A DNA stretch of 64,000 bases from an uncultured Gemmatimonadales bacterium (lineage in GTDB: Bacteria; Gemmatimonadota; Gemmatimonadetes; Gemmatimonadales; GWC2-71-9): positions 1 through 64,000 of the forward strand of contig CAWGED010000019.1 in NCBI GenBank assembly GCA_963821525.1, written 5' to 3'. Each line of letters starts with the position of its first letter. Within the stretch, counting starts at the first letter, position 1. Below the pieces are notes generated by a model. It made no database searches. It saw only the letters and a list, made by a program, of their open reading frames with translations, and had not been told where the DNA came from. The position numbers and the translations under genes were made by a program. Shown piece after piece: positions 20,229 to 33,202 of the stretch.

Positions 20229-21505
20229 GCGAGTTTCCGGGCGTGGGTCAGCAGGGCTTCGCGGGTGTTCTGAGAGGGATCGTCCACGACGAGCGCCAGC
20301 AGGCGGTCAAGGAGATGGCCCATCGCCGGACCCGGGGCGATGCCGACAGTCTGAAGATCGCCGCCGGTCACCGCCAGCATTCGCCGGGTGAGCGGCTCGC
20401 CCCGTTCCCGAATCCCTCGCATGACGGGCTCCCAGAGCGGCTCGACGCCGTTGCGCATATGCCAGATCGCGGTCAGATCATCGGCGGCATCTCCCACCGC
20501 GGCCATCCAGCGTCGAACCGCCGTCACACTGAGAGAGGGCGGCTCTGCGGGACCGGACAATACCGCGGCGGCCCGGGCGATGTCAGAGCCCGAGGCCTTG
20601 AGCCGTACCAGCACGCCGACCGGATCGAGACAGAGCAACGTGGTGAGGAGCACCGGGTCCCGGCGCACCATCGTGCCCCGATCTTCGGCGCGGTTGGCCA
20701 GCGAGGCCGCCTGCTGGCCCATCCGGCCCACCAGCTCGTGCCGCCGAAGCAGCGGATTCTCTGGTGCCGTATCGGGCGAGGCTGAGAGTTCGGAGCCCTC
20801 CTTCATCAACTCAGGCAGCAGGACCGCCGCAGCTCCGCTGTCCCACCACAGCTCGACCAGGCGCTTGATCGAGCGGGAGCCACGCAGTCCCTTATACCAC
20901 TCCTCCCGCACCCGTTCAGCAGAGAGTTGAGCCAAGCCTGGCGTTGCCTCTCGAGCCGCTTCCCAGGTTGCCGGATCGATGGTGAATTCGAAGCGGGCGG
21001 CGAAACGAATCGCACGGAGGATCCGCAGGTAGTCTTCCCGAAAGCGCTCGAGCGGCGCGCCCACGGCACGGATCACTCCGGCTTCGAGATCGGCTAGTCC
21101 GCGGAACAGATCCCGCCATTCGTGCCGCAGCGGCTCATAGGCGATGGCGTTGACCGTGAAGTCGCGCCGGGCAAGATCCTCGTCGAGCGAAGCGCCGTAT
21201 TCCACCACCGCGTGCCGCCCGTCGGTCGTAACGTCCTTGCGAAAGGTGGTCACTTCGTGATGACGCCGGCGAGTTCGTACCGCCACCGTACCGAACCGCT
21301 CTCCCACCGGGACGGTGTGCTCAAACAGCTTCTTGACGACCTCGGGTGTCGCCGAAGTCGCCACGTCGTAGTCGGTATTCGCCTCGCCCAGCAGGGTGTC
21401 CCGGATGGCGCCGCCGACGCACCACGCCTCATGACCGGCGGCGCGCAACGTCTCGGCGATTTCCAGGACATCTTCGGGGATTTCGAGGCGATCAGGGAAA
21501 TGCAT
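20225..21505 (-). CDS. cca: CCA tRNA nucleotidyltransferase / poly(A) polymerase family
   Basis: VGGAIRD, DYDVAT, EVTTFR, DLARRDFTVNA, EDYLRILRAIRF. Confidence 0.9.
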   Translation of the reverse strand: MHFPDRLEIPEDVLEIAETLRAAGHEAWCVGGAIRDTLLGEANTDYDVATSATPEVVKKLFEHTVPVGERFGTVAVRTRRRHHEVTTFRKDVTTDGRHAVVEYGASLDEDLARRDFTVNAIAYEPLRHEWRDLFRGLADLEAGVIRAVGAPLERFREDYLRILRAIRFAARFEFTIDPATWEAAREATPGLAQLSAERVREEWYKGLRGSRSIKRLVELWWDSGAAAVLLPELMKEGSELSASPDTAPENPLLRRHELVGRMGQQAASLANRAEDRGTMVRRDPVLLTTLLCLDPVGVLVRLKASGSDIARAAAVLSGPAEPPSLSVTAVRRWMAAVGDAADDLTAIWHMRNGVEPLWEPVMRGIRERGEPLTRRMLAVTGGDLQTVGIAPGPAMGHLLDRLLALVVDDPSQNTREALLTHARKLA

Positions 21506-21561
21506 GGATGGAAAAGTAAGAGTGGATGGCGGATGGGACAGAGGGAGTAGGGAGTAGCCAC

Positions 21562-22524
21562 CTACTCCCCAGTCCCATACCCCACGCCCGCCGACAGGCA
21601 AATCGCCAGCTCCATCCGCGCCTGGGAGGGAGCGCGAGGACCGGCCGGCACGACTCCAAGCCGGATAAGGTCCCCACCGGCTCCGGGGAACGCATAGGTC
21701 GCGCTCACCTCGCCACTAATACAGCGACTGGCCAGCACCACCGGCTTCCCGGCATCGAGCCAGCGTCGCACGGCGGGAATGATGCCCGGTGGGCAGTTCC
21801 CGGTTCCGTAGCCCACGACGACGACACCGTCAAAAGAAGAGAGCGCACGATCGAGCAGCTCGCCATTGTCGCCCGTGATCACCGGAATCAGCGCGACCCG
21901 CGCCGAAAGTCCGGATGGAGCCACCGCCGCGGACTTGGCAGCCGGCGCTTGAAAATGAACCCCAGCTGTGGAGACGGTCCCCAACGCCGCGGCATGTGGC
22001 GCTGAGAACGCATCGAGATCGCTGGTGTGAGTCTTCACGGCCTGGTGCGCCGCGAAGACCTGACCGCCAAAGGCGACCATCACGCCGCGGTTCCTGCTTC
22101 CAGGATCCGTGGCGACTCGGACGGCATCGGTGAGATTGCGGGGGCCGTCCCAGCCGGGATCGCCCGAGGTCCGCATCGCACCGGTCACGACCACCGGCAG
22201 CTCCAGATCGAGGGTCCGCGCAAGGAGGTATCCGGTTTCCTCGATCGTGTCGGTACCGTGAGTGATGACGATGCCGGACGGAGGTGTTGAGCCTTTGGAG
22301 CCGGTGGCGACACTGCGCACATGTTCCCGCAGTTCCCATAGCTTGGCCTGATCCATATGACAGGCCGGGTAGCGTCCCCAATCGTCGATTGTGAGCGGCG
22401 CCAGCTCCGGAAGGCCCGGCGCCAGGTTCACCAGAGCCTTGCCATCGAGACTGGGAACCTTGCCGCCCGCTGCAGCATCCCGCTGCATCGAGATGGTGCC
22501 GCCGGTGAAGATGAGGTGGATCAT
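21562..22524 (-). CDS. L-asparaginase
   Basis: TGGTIS and HGTDTIEE catalytic motifs. Confidence 0.9.
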   Translation of the reverse strand: MIHLIFTGGTISMQRDAAAGGKVPSLDGKALVNLAPGLPELAPLTIDDWGRYPACHMDQAKLWELREHVRSVATGSKGSTPPSGIVITHGTDTIEETGYLLARTLDLELPVVVTGAMRTSGDPGWDGPRNLTDAVRVATDPGSRNRGVMVAFGGQVFAAHQAVKTHTSDLDAFSAPHAAALGTVSTAGVHFQAPAAKSAAVAPSGLSARVALIPVITGDNGELLDRALSSFDGVVVVGYGTGNCPPGIIPAVRRWLDAGKPVVLASRCISGEVSATYAFPGAGGDLIRLGVVPAGPRAPSQARMELAICLSAGVGYGTGE

Positions 22525-22533
22525 GGGTGTGGG

Positions 22534-22618
22534 GATTGAAGATTGAAGATTTCAGATTGAAGATACTCCTCGGACTGCGAATCTTCAATCTGCAATCTGA
22601 AATCTGCAATCTGCAATC
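22534..22618. repeat. heptamer inverted repeat array (GATTGAA)n / (TKMAATC)n
   Basis: gattgaa gattgaa gatttca gattgaa ... ttcaatc tgcaatc tgaaatc tgcaatc tgcaatc. Confidence 0.85.
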
Positions 22619-22620
22619 TC

Positions 22621-23373
22621 TCACCCGCACAGCACGCTCCCGCCATTCACATTCAGGATCTCGCCGGTCACGTGCCGCGCCAGATCCGAGCAGAGAAACA
22701 GGATGGGGCCTGCGATGTCCTCGGCCGAAGCGATGCGCCGCAGCGGAATGGTCTGGGCGATCCGCTCCCGGCCTCCCCCGCCGAAGGCGGGTTCGCTCAT
22801 TTCGGTATCGACCCAGCCCGGCGCCACACAGTTGACCGTGATGCCCGGTGCGCACTCGATGCAGAGCGATTTGACCAGCGAGATCATGGCCCCTTTGGTG
22901 GCGGCGTAATCCGCGTGCATCGCCTCGCCGCGCTGGCCCGCGGTGCTGCCGACCAGGACGACCCGGCCTCCGGGCGGCATCAGGGCCAGAGCCGCCTTCG
23001 TCGTGAGGAAGATTGCGTCGAGATTGGCGCCGAGTGTGCCTCGCCAGCGTTCATAGTCCATGCGCTGGAGCGGGACCTCCTCCTCGGGCCAGATCCCGGC
23101 ATTACCGATGAAGAGATCGAGCCGGCCGAATTCGCGCTTCACCGTTTGGAAGATCGAGTCCACCTGCTTCGGATCTCCCAGATCACCTCCCGCCGAGAAC
23201 GCCTTTCGCCCCATTCCCCTGATCTCGGCCACGACCTTTTCGGCATCCTCCACCCTGGTCAGATAGGTGATGCCGACATCCGCCCCCGCCCGCGCCAGCA
23301 GCAATGCCGTCGCGCGCCCGATCCCCCGGGATCCCCCGGTCACGAGTGCGGTTCGATTGCTCAGGTCAATCAT
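22621..23373 (-). CDS. SDR family oxidoreductase (FabG-like)
   Basis: TGGSRGIG, NAGI, YAATKG, VNCVAPG. Confidence 0.9.
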   Translation of the reverse strand: MIDLSNRTALVTGGSRGIGRATALLLARAGADVGITYLTRVEDAEKVVAEIRGMGRKAFSAGGDLGDPKQVDSIFQTVKREFGRLDLFIGNAGIWPEEEVPLQRMDYERWRGTLGANLDAIFLTTKAALALMPPGGRVVLVGSTAGQRGEAMHADYAATKGAMISLVKSLCIECAPGITVNCVAPGWVDTEMSEPAFGGGGRERIAQTIPLRRIASAEDIAGPILFLCSDLARHVTGEILNVNGGSVLCG

Positions 23374-23386
23374 GCCTCGTTCCCCA

Positions 23387-24004
23387 TTACTCCTCGGTAC
23401 TCGGTACTCGGTACTCGGTACTTCCCCTCGATACCCCAATCCCCAGCTCATTCTCAACTAACTCACACACCACATGCTCAATGGCGAGGTGCATTTCCTG
23501 AATGCGGCCGGTTTCGGAGGAAGGCACGACAAGGGCCTCGTCGACGATCTCCATGAGCCCGCCACCGTCGCGTCCGAGCAGGGCAACGATGGCGACGCCG
23601 CGCTTCCGAGCCGCGCGGGCTGCCGCGAGCAGATTGGGACTTTGTCCGCTGGTACTGTGGAGAATCAGAAGGTCGGACGGCCGGCAGAGAGTCTCCACCT
23701 GTCGAGCGAATACCTCCTCGAAGCCCATGTCATTGGCGGCGGCGGTAAGGAGCGAGGTATCGGTCGTCAGGGCGAGCGCCGCCAGGCCGGGGCGTTTCTG
23801 CTGATGCCGGACGACATATTCGGCGGCGATATGCTGCGCATCCGCGGCGCTGCCGCCGTTCCCGGCGAAGAACAGCGTCCCGCCCCGTCGCAGAGTCTCG
23901 GAGTATCGGCGGGCGATCCGCTCGATCTGTGGGGCCAGCGAGGCGCAGCGCTCAGCCAGTGCCCCGAGCGCCCGCAGGGACTGCGCAGCCCGGTCGGCGC
24001 TCAC
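23387..24004 (-). CDS. gmhA: D-sedoheptulose-7-phosphate isomerase (SIS domain)
   Basis: GNGGSAADAQH, STSGQSPN, RIQEMH; GTG start at 24004. Confidence 0.9.
   Translation of the reverse strand: MSADRAAQSLRALGALAERCASLAPQIERIARRYSETLRRGGTLFFAGNGGSAADAQHIAAEYVVRHQQKRPGLAALALTTDTSLLTAAANDMGFEEVFARQVETLCRPSDLLILHSTSGQSPNLLAAARAARKRGVAIVALLGRDGGGLMEIVDEALVVPSSETGRIQEMHLAIEHVVCELVENELGIGVSRGSTEYRVPSTEE
23393..23421. repeat. (CTCGGTA)x4 tandem heptamer inside the 3' end of gmhA
   Basis: ctcggta ctcggta ctcggta ctcggta. Confidence 0.9.
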
Positions 24005-24765
24005 GAAGATTCGCGTTCGAACAGCGTGCGCAGGCGTTCGAGGAAGGAGACCTTGACGGCAAGCGGCGGGACCGGCTCGACGTGGCCGTCGGAGATGATC
24101 GCCTTGGGATTCCGCGTCACGAGCAGCTCGCCCTGCATGAACCCGTGCTGGTCCTTGAGCGCCTCGAACGCGATGGCGACACTGCGCTCGTCTCCGTGGT
24201 TGTCGGCGGCGAGAATGTCGGCCAACCCGTTGGCAACCAGATCCCGCGCTCGCTCCCCTCGGGTGCGGGGCATGAAGAGCGTGGTCGCATCGACCTGCAT
24301 GACGGCGCCGGCCGCTTTCCACCTGCCTACCAGCGCGGGGGTGCAACAGGAGTAGCGTTCGGGATGGGCCACCAGCGGGATGAGTCCGATCCCGGTCACC
24401 CCGGCGATAGCCTGGGCCACGGTTTGCGCCGTGACCAGTCGCGGGAATTCGATCAGGATGTAGCGGGTGCGGTTGATGGTGAGGTCGCGCCGGTCGGCCA
24501 CGACGGCGGGCAGCGGCTTGTCCATCATTACCTCGGCGCCGCGCAGCAGCTTGATGCCGTAGGGGACATGCGGCGCCAGCGCCTCGAAGGCCCGGTCATG
24601 GGGTTCGGGTACTCCATCCCCTGCCTTGCTGGCGGAGACATGCGGAGTCAGGCACAGATGGGTGACGCCCTGGCGCTGCAACTCTTCAAGCACGCCAAGC
24701 GACTGCTGAACCGAGCGTGACCCGTCGTCCACTCCGGGCAACAGGTGCGAATGCAGATCGATCAC
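24001..24765 (-). CDS. CpsB/CapC-type PHP tyrosine phosphatase
   Basis: MIDLHSHLLPGVDDG, TPH, AHPERY, DNH. Confidence 0.9.
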   Translation of the reverse strand: MIDLHSHLLPGVDDGSRSVQQSLGVLEELQRQGVTHLCLTPHVSASKAGDGVPEPHDRAFEALAPHVPYGIKLLRGAEVMMDKPLPAVVADRRDLTINRTRYILIEFPRLVTAQTVAQAIAGVTGIGLIPLVAHPERYSCCTPALVGRWKAAGAVMQVDATTLFMPRTRGERARDLVANGLADILAADNHGDERSVAIAFEALKDQHGFMQGELLVTRNPKAIISDGHVEPVPPLAVKVSFLERLRTLFERESS

Positions 24766-25061
24766 TCAGCCCCCGCGATCTACCGTAAGCAGTTCCGTCG
24801 CAAACTCGGCCAGCCGCTCGGGCGCTTCCTCGGCTCTAGCCAACAGAGCCAGCGTAATCAGCGCGTCCGCGGCGAGGAGATCGAGGGCGACCGATCTGTC
24901 CCCGGGATGCTCCTCAACCTTGCTCAGCAGCTCCTGCGCAGTGATGCCCAGGTGCTCGGCATGGGATCCGCTTGCCGGTGCAGCGAGCGCGTGCTCCAAC
25001 ACCCGTTCCCGCAGGGGAACCGGGGCCTGGCTGGTTCGCGCTTCGAGCCAGGAGTGCAGAC

Positions 25062-25065
<4 letters not shown>
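24766..25065 (-). CDS. hypothetical protein
   Basis: Fills gap between alaS and the phosphatase with tight junctions; ALDLLAADALIT. Confidence 0.6.
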
Positions 25066-27692
<2,627 letters not shown>

Positions 27693-27720
27693 AGCGGGAA
27701 TATACAGGAAGGCAGGAGCT

Positions 27721-27812
27721 TAAGCCATAAGCCGTAGGCCCATAGGGGAAAGCCATGAGGGGGAGGCAGACCCAGGCTTGGTTACGGCTTACGGCCTACG
27801 GCTTATGGCTTA
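27721..27812. repeat. heptamer-built inverted repeat between recX and alaS
   Basis: Perfect 20-bp arms taagccataagccgtaggcc (27721-27740) and ggcctacggcttatggctta (27793-27812). Confidence 0.85.
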
Positions 27813-27831
27813 CGGCTTTTTCTGCCGACGG

Positions 27832-28474
27832 CTACGACAACTGCTCACGAACAACTCGCCGCACCATGTCAGTGACAGCCCTTCCGCTGAATCCCCGACG
27901 CCCGAGATACGCCGTCACCCGGCGCAGCTGGGCCGAAGCGGGCAAACCATGGAGTTGGGTGAGGCGCTTCCGGGCCAGTGCCTCCGCAGCAATTTGGGGA
28001 TCGTGATCCGGGGGTAAGGCCACCTCAAGCGCTCTCTCGATGACGACCGTGTCCACGCCCAATGCCAGCAGATCTCGCCGGATCCGGAGAGGCCCGCGGC
28101 CCCGTTCGGTGCGCGACTGAACGAACCTGGCAGCGAAGGCGGCGTCATCAAGCAACCCGGCCCGCACTGCCCGGGCGAGCGCCGCCTCGACCGCATCCTT
28201 CGGGTGACCCTTCCGCACCAGCGTACGGCGCAGTTCGGCGACGGCGAAGGAGCGCCGCTCCAGGGTCCGGAGCAGAGTCCGATAGGCCGCCTCCTCATCC
28301 GCGGCCTGGTTCAGATCGCGGACTCGCCCTGGCATCGAGTGCATCTCCAGCGGTAAACCCCGCGGCGGCGATCCGGGTGACCGGAAGGCTGCAGTACGGG
28401 GTTCCGTCCAGCTGAACCCGGACGAAACCGGCGCGCACCGGGTCCGGGTCCAGTGCCGTGATGGTTCTACTCAT
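27832..28474 (-). CDS. recX: regulatory protein RecX (frameshift near 28330)
   Basis: ATG at 28474 overlaps recA end ([10 protein letters not shown]); [26 protein letters not shown]. Confidence 0.85.
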
Positions 28475-29519
28475 CCTCCTCAGCCCCGACTCCGACCACC
28501 GTGGTTCCCTTCACGCCGAGCGAGTCCTTCACCTTCTGCTCGACCTCGGCCATGAGGGTGGGATTGTCCTTGAGGAACAGCTTGGCGTTCTCCCGACCCT
28601 GACCGATACGCTGATCACCGTAGGAGTACCACGCTCCAGACTTCTGGATGATCCCGGCCTCGGCCGCGATATCCACCACCAGCGAGGCATGGCTGATGCC
28701 TTCGTCGAACATCACGTCGAACTCCGCCTGCTTGAACGGCGGCGCCACCTTGTTCTTCACCACCTTCACCCGGACGTGATTGCCGATCACGATCTCCCGC
28801 TCCTTCACCGGACCCACGCGCCGAATGTCGAGCCGGAGCGAGGCGTAGAACTTGAGCGCCTTCCCTCCCGTGGTGGTCTCGGGGTTGCCGAACATCACGC
28901 CGATCTTTTCCCGCAGCTGGTTGATGAACACCACGGCGCAGTTGGAGCGGTTGATGGCGCCGGCCAGCTTGCGGAGCGCCTGGCTCATGAGCCGGGCCTG
29001 GAGCCCCATGTGACTATCGCCCATCTCGCCCTCGATCTCGGCCTTGGGCACCAGGGCCGCGACCGAGTCGATCACCACGAGATCCACCGCTCCCGAGCGG
29101 ACCAGGATCTCCACGACCTCGAGGGCCTGCTCGCCGGTATCGGGTTGCGACACCAGGAGATTCTCCACGTCGACCCCGAGCTTCTTGGCGTACTCCACGT
29201 CCAGCGCGTGCTCGGCATCGACGTAGGCCGCGACTCCGCCGGCCCGCTGCACATTGGCCGCGATGTGGAGTGTGAGGGTGGTCTTGCCTGAGGACTCAGG
29301 CCCGTAGATCTCGGTGATGCGGCCGCGAGGCACTCCTCCGATTCCGATCGCGGCATCCAGGTTGATGGCGCCGGTCGGAATCGCCGCGACCCTTACCCGG
29401 GGCGACTCTGAGCCCATCCGCATGATGGAGCCCTTCCCCAACTGCTTTTCGATTTGGGAGATAGCCAGATTGAGCGCCTTGCGGCGATCGGCGTCGAGTT
29501 TGTGCTCTTCTACGGCCAT
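28467..29519 (-). CDS. recA: recombinase RecA
   Basis: [38 protein letters not shown]. Confidence 0.99.
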   Translation of the reverse strand: MAVEEHKLDADRRKALNLAISQIEKQLGKGSIMRMGSESPRVRVAAIPTGAINLDAAIGIGGVPRGRITEIYGPESSGKTTLTLHIAANVQRAGGVAAYVDAEHALDVEYAKKLGVDVENLLVSQPDTGEQALEVVEILVRSGAVDLVVIDSVAALVPKAEIEGEMGDSHMGLQARLMSQALRKLAGAINRSNCAVVFINQLREKIGVMFGNPETTTGGKALKFYASLRLDIRRVGPVKEREIVIGNHVRVKVVKNKVAPPFKQAEFDVMFDEGISHASLVVDIAAEAGIIQKSGAWYSYGDQRIGQGRENAKLFLKDNPTLMAEVEQKVKDSLGVKGTTVVGVGAEEDE

Positions 29520-29574
29520 GACTGGCTCCGGGTATTAAAATGGTTGATTTTGAGTCACTGAGTTACTAGGCACC

Positions 29575-29611
29575 AATCTACAGCCGAATATTACCCGAAT
29601 CAAGAGTGAAT
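29575..29611 (-). promoter_or_regulatory. recA sigma70-type promoter TTGATT-N17-TAGATT overlapped by CCGAA-N6-CCGAA direct repeat
   Basis: Reverse complement of 29575-29603 is ttgatt cgggtaatattcggctg tagatt; GAAT at 29586, 29597 and 29608 (11-bp period). Confidence 0.7.
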
Positions 29612-29636
29612 TTGTGACTCATTTTAATCCACTGAC

Positions 29637-30039
29637 TTATCGAAGACCCCGCCAAGCATCCTCGATGTGATTGATCTCGGGAGCAGCACCGGCTCTCCTC
29701 GGACACCTCGACCACGTCGAACCGGTACTCGTCTCCGGCGTGGCCGAACCTGATCCGCCAGATATCGGCGACCTTGGCAATCGCAGCCTGTTTGCGCCGG
29801 CCGACCGCGGAGCCGGGTGAGCCGAATTCGGTTCCCCGTCGAGTCTTCACTTCGATGAACGCCACGACGTGGCCGCGTCGGGCAATCAGATCCACATCAT
29901 GACGGCCCAGCCGAAAGCGATGGGCCTCGATGGACCAGCCGCAGGAGATCAGATATGCCATCGCCGCATGCTCGCCTTCGAGTCCGCGGATCTGGCGGGC
30001 ATCCTCCCATTCCCGGGTTGGAACGAAGCGGCGCGTCAT
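29637..30039 (-). CDS. YraN family protein (frameshift near C-terminus)
   Basis: GLEGE..DVDLIARRG..FIEVKTR..YRFDVV; shifted frame ends HIEDAWRGLR*. Confidence 0.85.
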
Positions 30040-30186
30040 CGTGGGCTAAGCTACGCCACGGCAGCACGAAGCCTTCATCAATCTGCCGCAAGAGGGAGTC
30101 AATTGAACGCGGCGGGGCTGCTACAGGCTTGCTGGGTCGGCGGAGATTTGACGTGCGGAGAGAACAGTGAACGGCGAACAGCAGCC

Positions 30187-30221
30187 GCTAACGGCTACGC
30201 TGACGGCTGACGGCTAACGGG
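30187..30221. repeat. (GCTRACG) heptamer tandem after ftsK
   Basis: gctaacg gctac gctgacg gctgacg gctaacg. Confidence 0.7.
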
Positions 30222-32465
30222 CTACCCCGCATACTCGTCCAGCTGATCGATTCCGATGAGCACGTCGCGGGGCTTGCTCCCGTCTGGCGGGCCAAGGATT
30301 CCGGCCTCGTAGAGCTGGTCGATGATCCGGGCTGCGCGCCCGTACCCGATCTTGAGCTTGCGCTGCAGCAACGAGGTGGATCCGCCCTGGTTCTGGACGC
30401 AGGCCTCGGCGGCCTCCCGGAATAACGGGTCGCGCTCACCTTCGAACTGCGACGGCCCGACACCCTCTTCCGCCTGCTCCTGGGCTCGGACCAGCTCGAT
30501 GATATCCGGCTCCTGGCTGGTCGCCGCTGAAGCACCGGCCCGCCTCGCTTCCCGGCGCTCCTCGAACCAGGCCATCAGCCGTTCGGTCTCGTCCGTTGCG
30601 ATGAAGGCACCCTGCAGCCGCATCGGCTCGCTCTTGCCCGGCGGCAGAAAGAGCATGTCGCCGTTGCCGAGCAGCGCCTCGGCGCCGTTCTGATCCAGGA
30701 TGGTGCGGCTGTCCACCTTGGATGCCACCCGAAATGCGATGCGGCTCGCAAAGTTCGCCTTGATGAGGCCCGTGAGGACGTTCACCGACGGGCGCTGAGT
30801 GGCCAGGATGATGTGGATGCCGATCGCCCGCGCCTTCTGCGCCAGGATGGCGAGCGGCGTTTCGACCTCCCCCTGCACCGTCATCATCAGGTCGGCCAGC
30901 TCGTCCACGATCATCACGATGAGCGGAAGCGGTCCGTCTCGATACTCCGTTTCGGCCGGGGGCTCCGGTGGCGTGTCGGGCGGCTCCGCGTTGACGCTGG
31001 TCAGTGTGGGCTTGGGTTTGGCCGGATGACGCAGCGGCTTCCCTTCCTCGACCTTGCGGTTGAAGTCCGCAAGATTGCGCGCGCCGTTCGCGTGCAGCAG
31101 CTCGTAGCGCCGGCTCATCTCGAACACCGCCCACTTGAGCACTCGCGCCGCGTCGTTGTTGTTGGTGACGACCGGGTGCCTGAGATGGGGAAGAGCGTTG
31201 TACATCGACAGCTCCACCATCTTCGGATCCACCATCAGGAGACGCAGCTGCTTCGGGGTGTAGCGGTAGACCAGGCTCGTGATGATGGTGTTGATCGCGA
31301 CGGACTTGCCGGACCCGGTCGCCCCGGCGATCAGGAGATGCGGCATCTTGGCGAGGTCGGCGATGATCGGCTTCCCCTCGAGATCGCGCCCCAGGGTCAC
31401 GGGAAGAGAGGCTCGGCTCATCTCCCACTCAGGAGCCTCGAGCAGCTCCCGCAGCGTCACCATGCGCGCGGTCGGATTGGGAATTTCGACTCCGACAGCT
31501 CCCTTGCCCGGGATTGGTGCGACCCGGATAGACTGGGCCCGCATGGCCATCGCCATATCGTCCGCCAGCGAGGCGATCCGGCCGGCCTTGATCCCCGGCG
31601 CCGGTACCACTTCGAACTGGGTGACGACAGGCCCGGTGGTTCTTCCGGCGATGGTCCCGTCAACCTTGAAGGTCTTGAGCGTCTCGAGCAGGACCTGGCC
31701 CAGCCGATCGAGTTGGGCCTCACCCGCGTCGGTGTCCTTCGTCGCGGGAGGCGCCAGCAGTTCGATCGGCGGCAATTCGTCTTCATCCCCCGCGTCGGGC
31801 AGCGGAGCGGTGGCACCCTTCGCTGGTTTCTTGGGTTTGCGTTCCCTGCGGGGTGGCGGAAGGATCGCCGGTTCGTCGTCCTCGATCTCACCGGCCCCTA
31901 CGACGGCGATCGGCGTCGTAATCGGCTCTCCTGCGCGCGCGGCCGGCGTCAATGTGCCGGTAGCGCCGCCCGCCAGCCGGCTGAGCGGGTGCCACGCGAT
32001 CGTCATGATCGTGAGTGCCGAGAGCGCAAAGAATCCCAGCAGGAATCCGCCGACCGGACCGATCCAGCCATACAAGTAGTACGCGATCATCCCCGGGCCG
32101 AATCCGGTGAGTCGCGCCGGAAGCGTGGGTCCATCGAAGTCGCGCGGGGTGACGTGGGTGACGATCCCGACCAGGAATGGCACGACCACGCTCAAGCCGA
32201 CGACCAGAACCGCGACTCGCTTCATGTCGAGGCGCGGAAGCCGATCAAACCCGGCGAGCCCGATGCCGAGGCCGAGCAGCGGAAATCCCAGCGCGCCGAT
32301 CCCGAGAAACGTCCACAGCGAGTGTCCTACCCAGTTCCCGAGCGGTCCGGTAATGGAGACAGGCAGCAGGGTGATTCCGAGGAAGACCCCCAGCACCAGC
32401 GCCGCGATCGCGGTGAGATGTCTGGCCTGATCGTGATCGGGGTGGCGGGATGCGTCAGCGGTCAT
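30222..32465 (-). CDS. ftsK: DNA translocase FtsK
   Basis: N-terminal TMs; PHLLIAGATGSGKS, DELADLM, ATQRPS, gamma domain STSLLQRKLKIGYGRAAR. Confidence 0.97.
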   Translation of the reverse strand: MTADASRHPDHDQARHLTAIAALVLGVFLGITLLPVSITGPLGNWVGHSLWTFLGIGALGFPLLGLGIGLAGFDRLPRLDMKRVAVLVVGLSVVVPFLVGIVTHVTPRDFDGPTLPARLTGFGPGMIAYYLYGWIGPVGGFLLGFFALSALTIMTIAWHPLSRLAGGATGTLTPAARAGEPITTPIAVVGAGEIEDDEPAILPPPRRERKPKKPAKGATAPLPDAGDEDELPPIELLAPPATKDTDAGEAQLDRLGQVLLETLKTFKVDGTIAGRTTGPVVTQFEVVPAPGIKAGRIASLADDMAMAMRAQSIRVAPIPGKGAVGVEIPNPTARMVTLRELLEAPEWEMSRASLPVTLGRDLEGKPIIADLAKMPHLLIAGATGSGKSVAINTIITSLVYRYTPKQLRLLMVDPKMVELSMYNALPHLRHPVVTNNNDAARVLKWAVFEMSRRYELLHANGARNLADFNRKVEEGKPLRHPAKPKPTLTSVNAEPPDTPPEPPAETEYRDGPLPLIVMIVDELADLMMTVQGEVETPLAILAQKARAIGIHIILATQRPSVNVLTGLIKANFASRIAFRVASKVDSRTILDQNGAEALLGNGDMLFLPPGKSEPMRLQGAFIATDETERLMAWFEERREARRAGASAATSQEPDIIELVRAQEQAEEGVGPSQFEGERDPLFREAAEACVQNQGGSTSLLQRKLKIGYGRAARIIDQLYEAGILGPPDGSKPRDVLIGIDQLDEYAG

Positions 32466-33202
32466 CAGGTGGAGGCAGCGGTCACCCGCCGCTCGTGGAA
32501 GAGCGCCAGCACCGGATAGGCATCGGCACGGGCGCAATCCAGCACGTCGTGTTTGAAGCCAATCGTGGACAGCTCTCGCCCTGCCCGGCTGCTGAGCAGG
32601 GGCCGCTCCCAGCGCTCACCGTAGCGTCGAACCAGGTGAAGCGCCGCCAATCCGGCGTCGTTCAACCCCTGTCGCCGCCGGACTCCGCCCAGCGCGACCG
32701 AGGCCAGCCGTCCCGCGCAGTACGCATCGTCAAGCGAAAACCGGTGATCCCGGCCGGCACAGAGGATGACCAGATCGCGATCCCGGGCCCAGATCTCCCG
32801 GGCGGCCGCGGCCGCGAGCGAGAAGTTCGCCGCGGCGGCGCAGTAGACCTGGGCCGCGCCCTGTGCCGCCAGCAGTGCTCCGGTGCCGTTCGTCGTCGTG
32901 ATGATTACGAGACGTCCCTTCACCGCTTCAGGTGTCATTTCCCGGGGACTGTTGCCGAGGGCAAACCCCGGAATGGGGAGGCCGTTACGCTCGCCCGCCA
33001 GCACGACCTCGCCCGGGCCCAGGGTCTGGGCCATGCGCAGGGCTTCTTCGGTTGACGGTACCGGAATGACTGCGCGGGCGCCGTGATGTAGGGCCGCGCA
33101 GACTGTGGTCGAGAGCCGCAGGATGTCGATGACGAACACCGTGCGGCCCTGCACCTCGGCCGGGGTGAGGCCGAGCGGGGAAAACAGAACGTCCAGCTTC
33201 AT
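32465..33202 (-). CDS. comB: 2-phosphosulfolactate phosphatase family
   Basis: VIDILR, GERNG, GNSP, TTTNGT, DDAYCAG. Confidence 0.85.
   Translation of the reverse strand: MKLDVLFSPLGLTPAEVQGRTVFVIDILRLSTTVCAALHHGARAVIPVPSTEEALRMAQTLGPGEVVLAGERNGLPIPGFALGNSPREMTPEAVKGRLVIITTTNGTGALLAAQGAAQVYCAAAANFSLAAAAAREIWARDRDLVILCAGRDHRFSLDDAYCAGRLASVALGGVRRRQGLNDAGLAALHLVRRYGERWERPLLSSRAGRELSTIGFKHDVLDCARADAYPVLALFHERRVTAAST

Noticed and set aside
22534..22618. CRISPR-like repeats
   Set aside because: 7-bp tandem units without unique spacers; no cas genes
30040..30190. Possible ncRNA (6S-like) between ftsK and yraN
   Set aside because: Only short hairpins and a gccgcgttc segment; I could not build the long 6S rod; an Rfam covariance search would be needed
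30813..32519. 568-aa plus-strand ORF
   Set aside because: Antisense shadow of ftsK; the same applies to long ORFs opposite uvrB, pilT, recA and lptD
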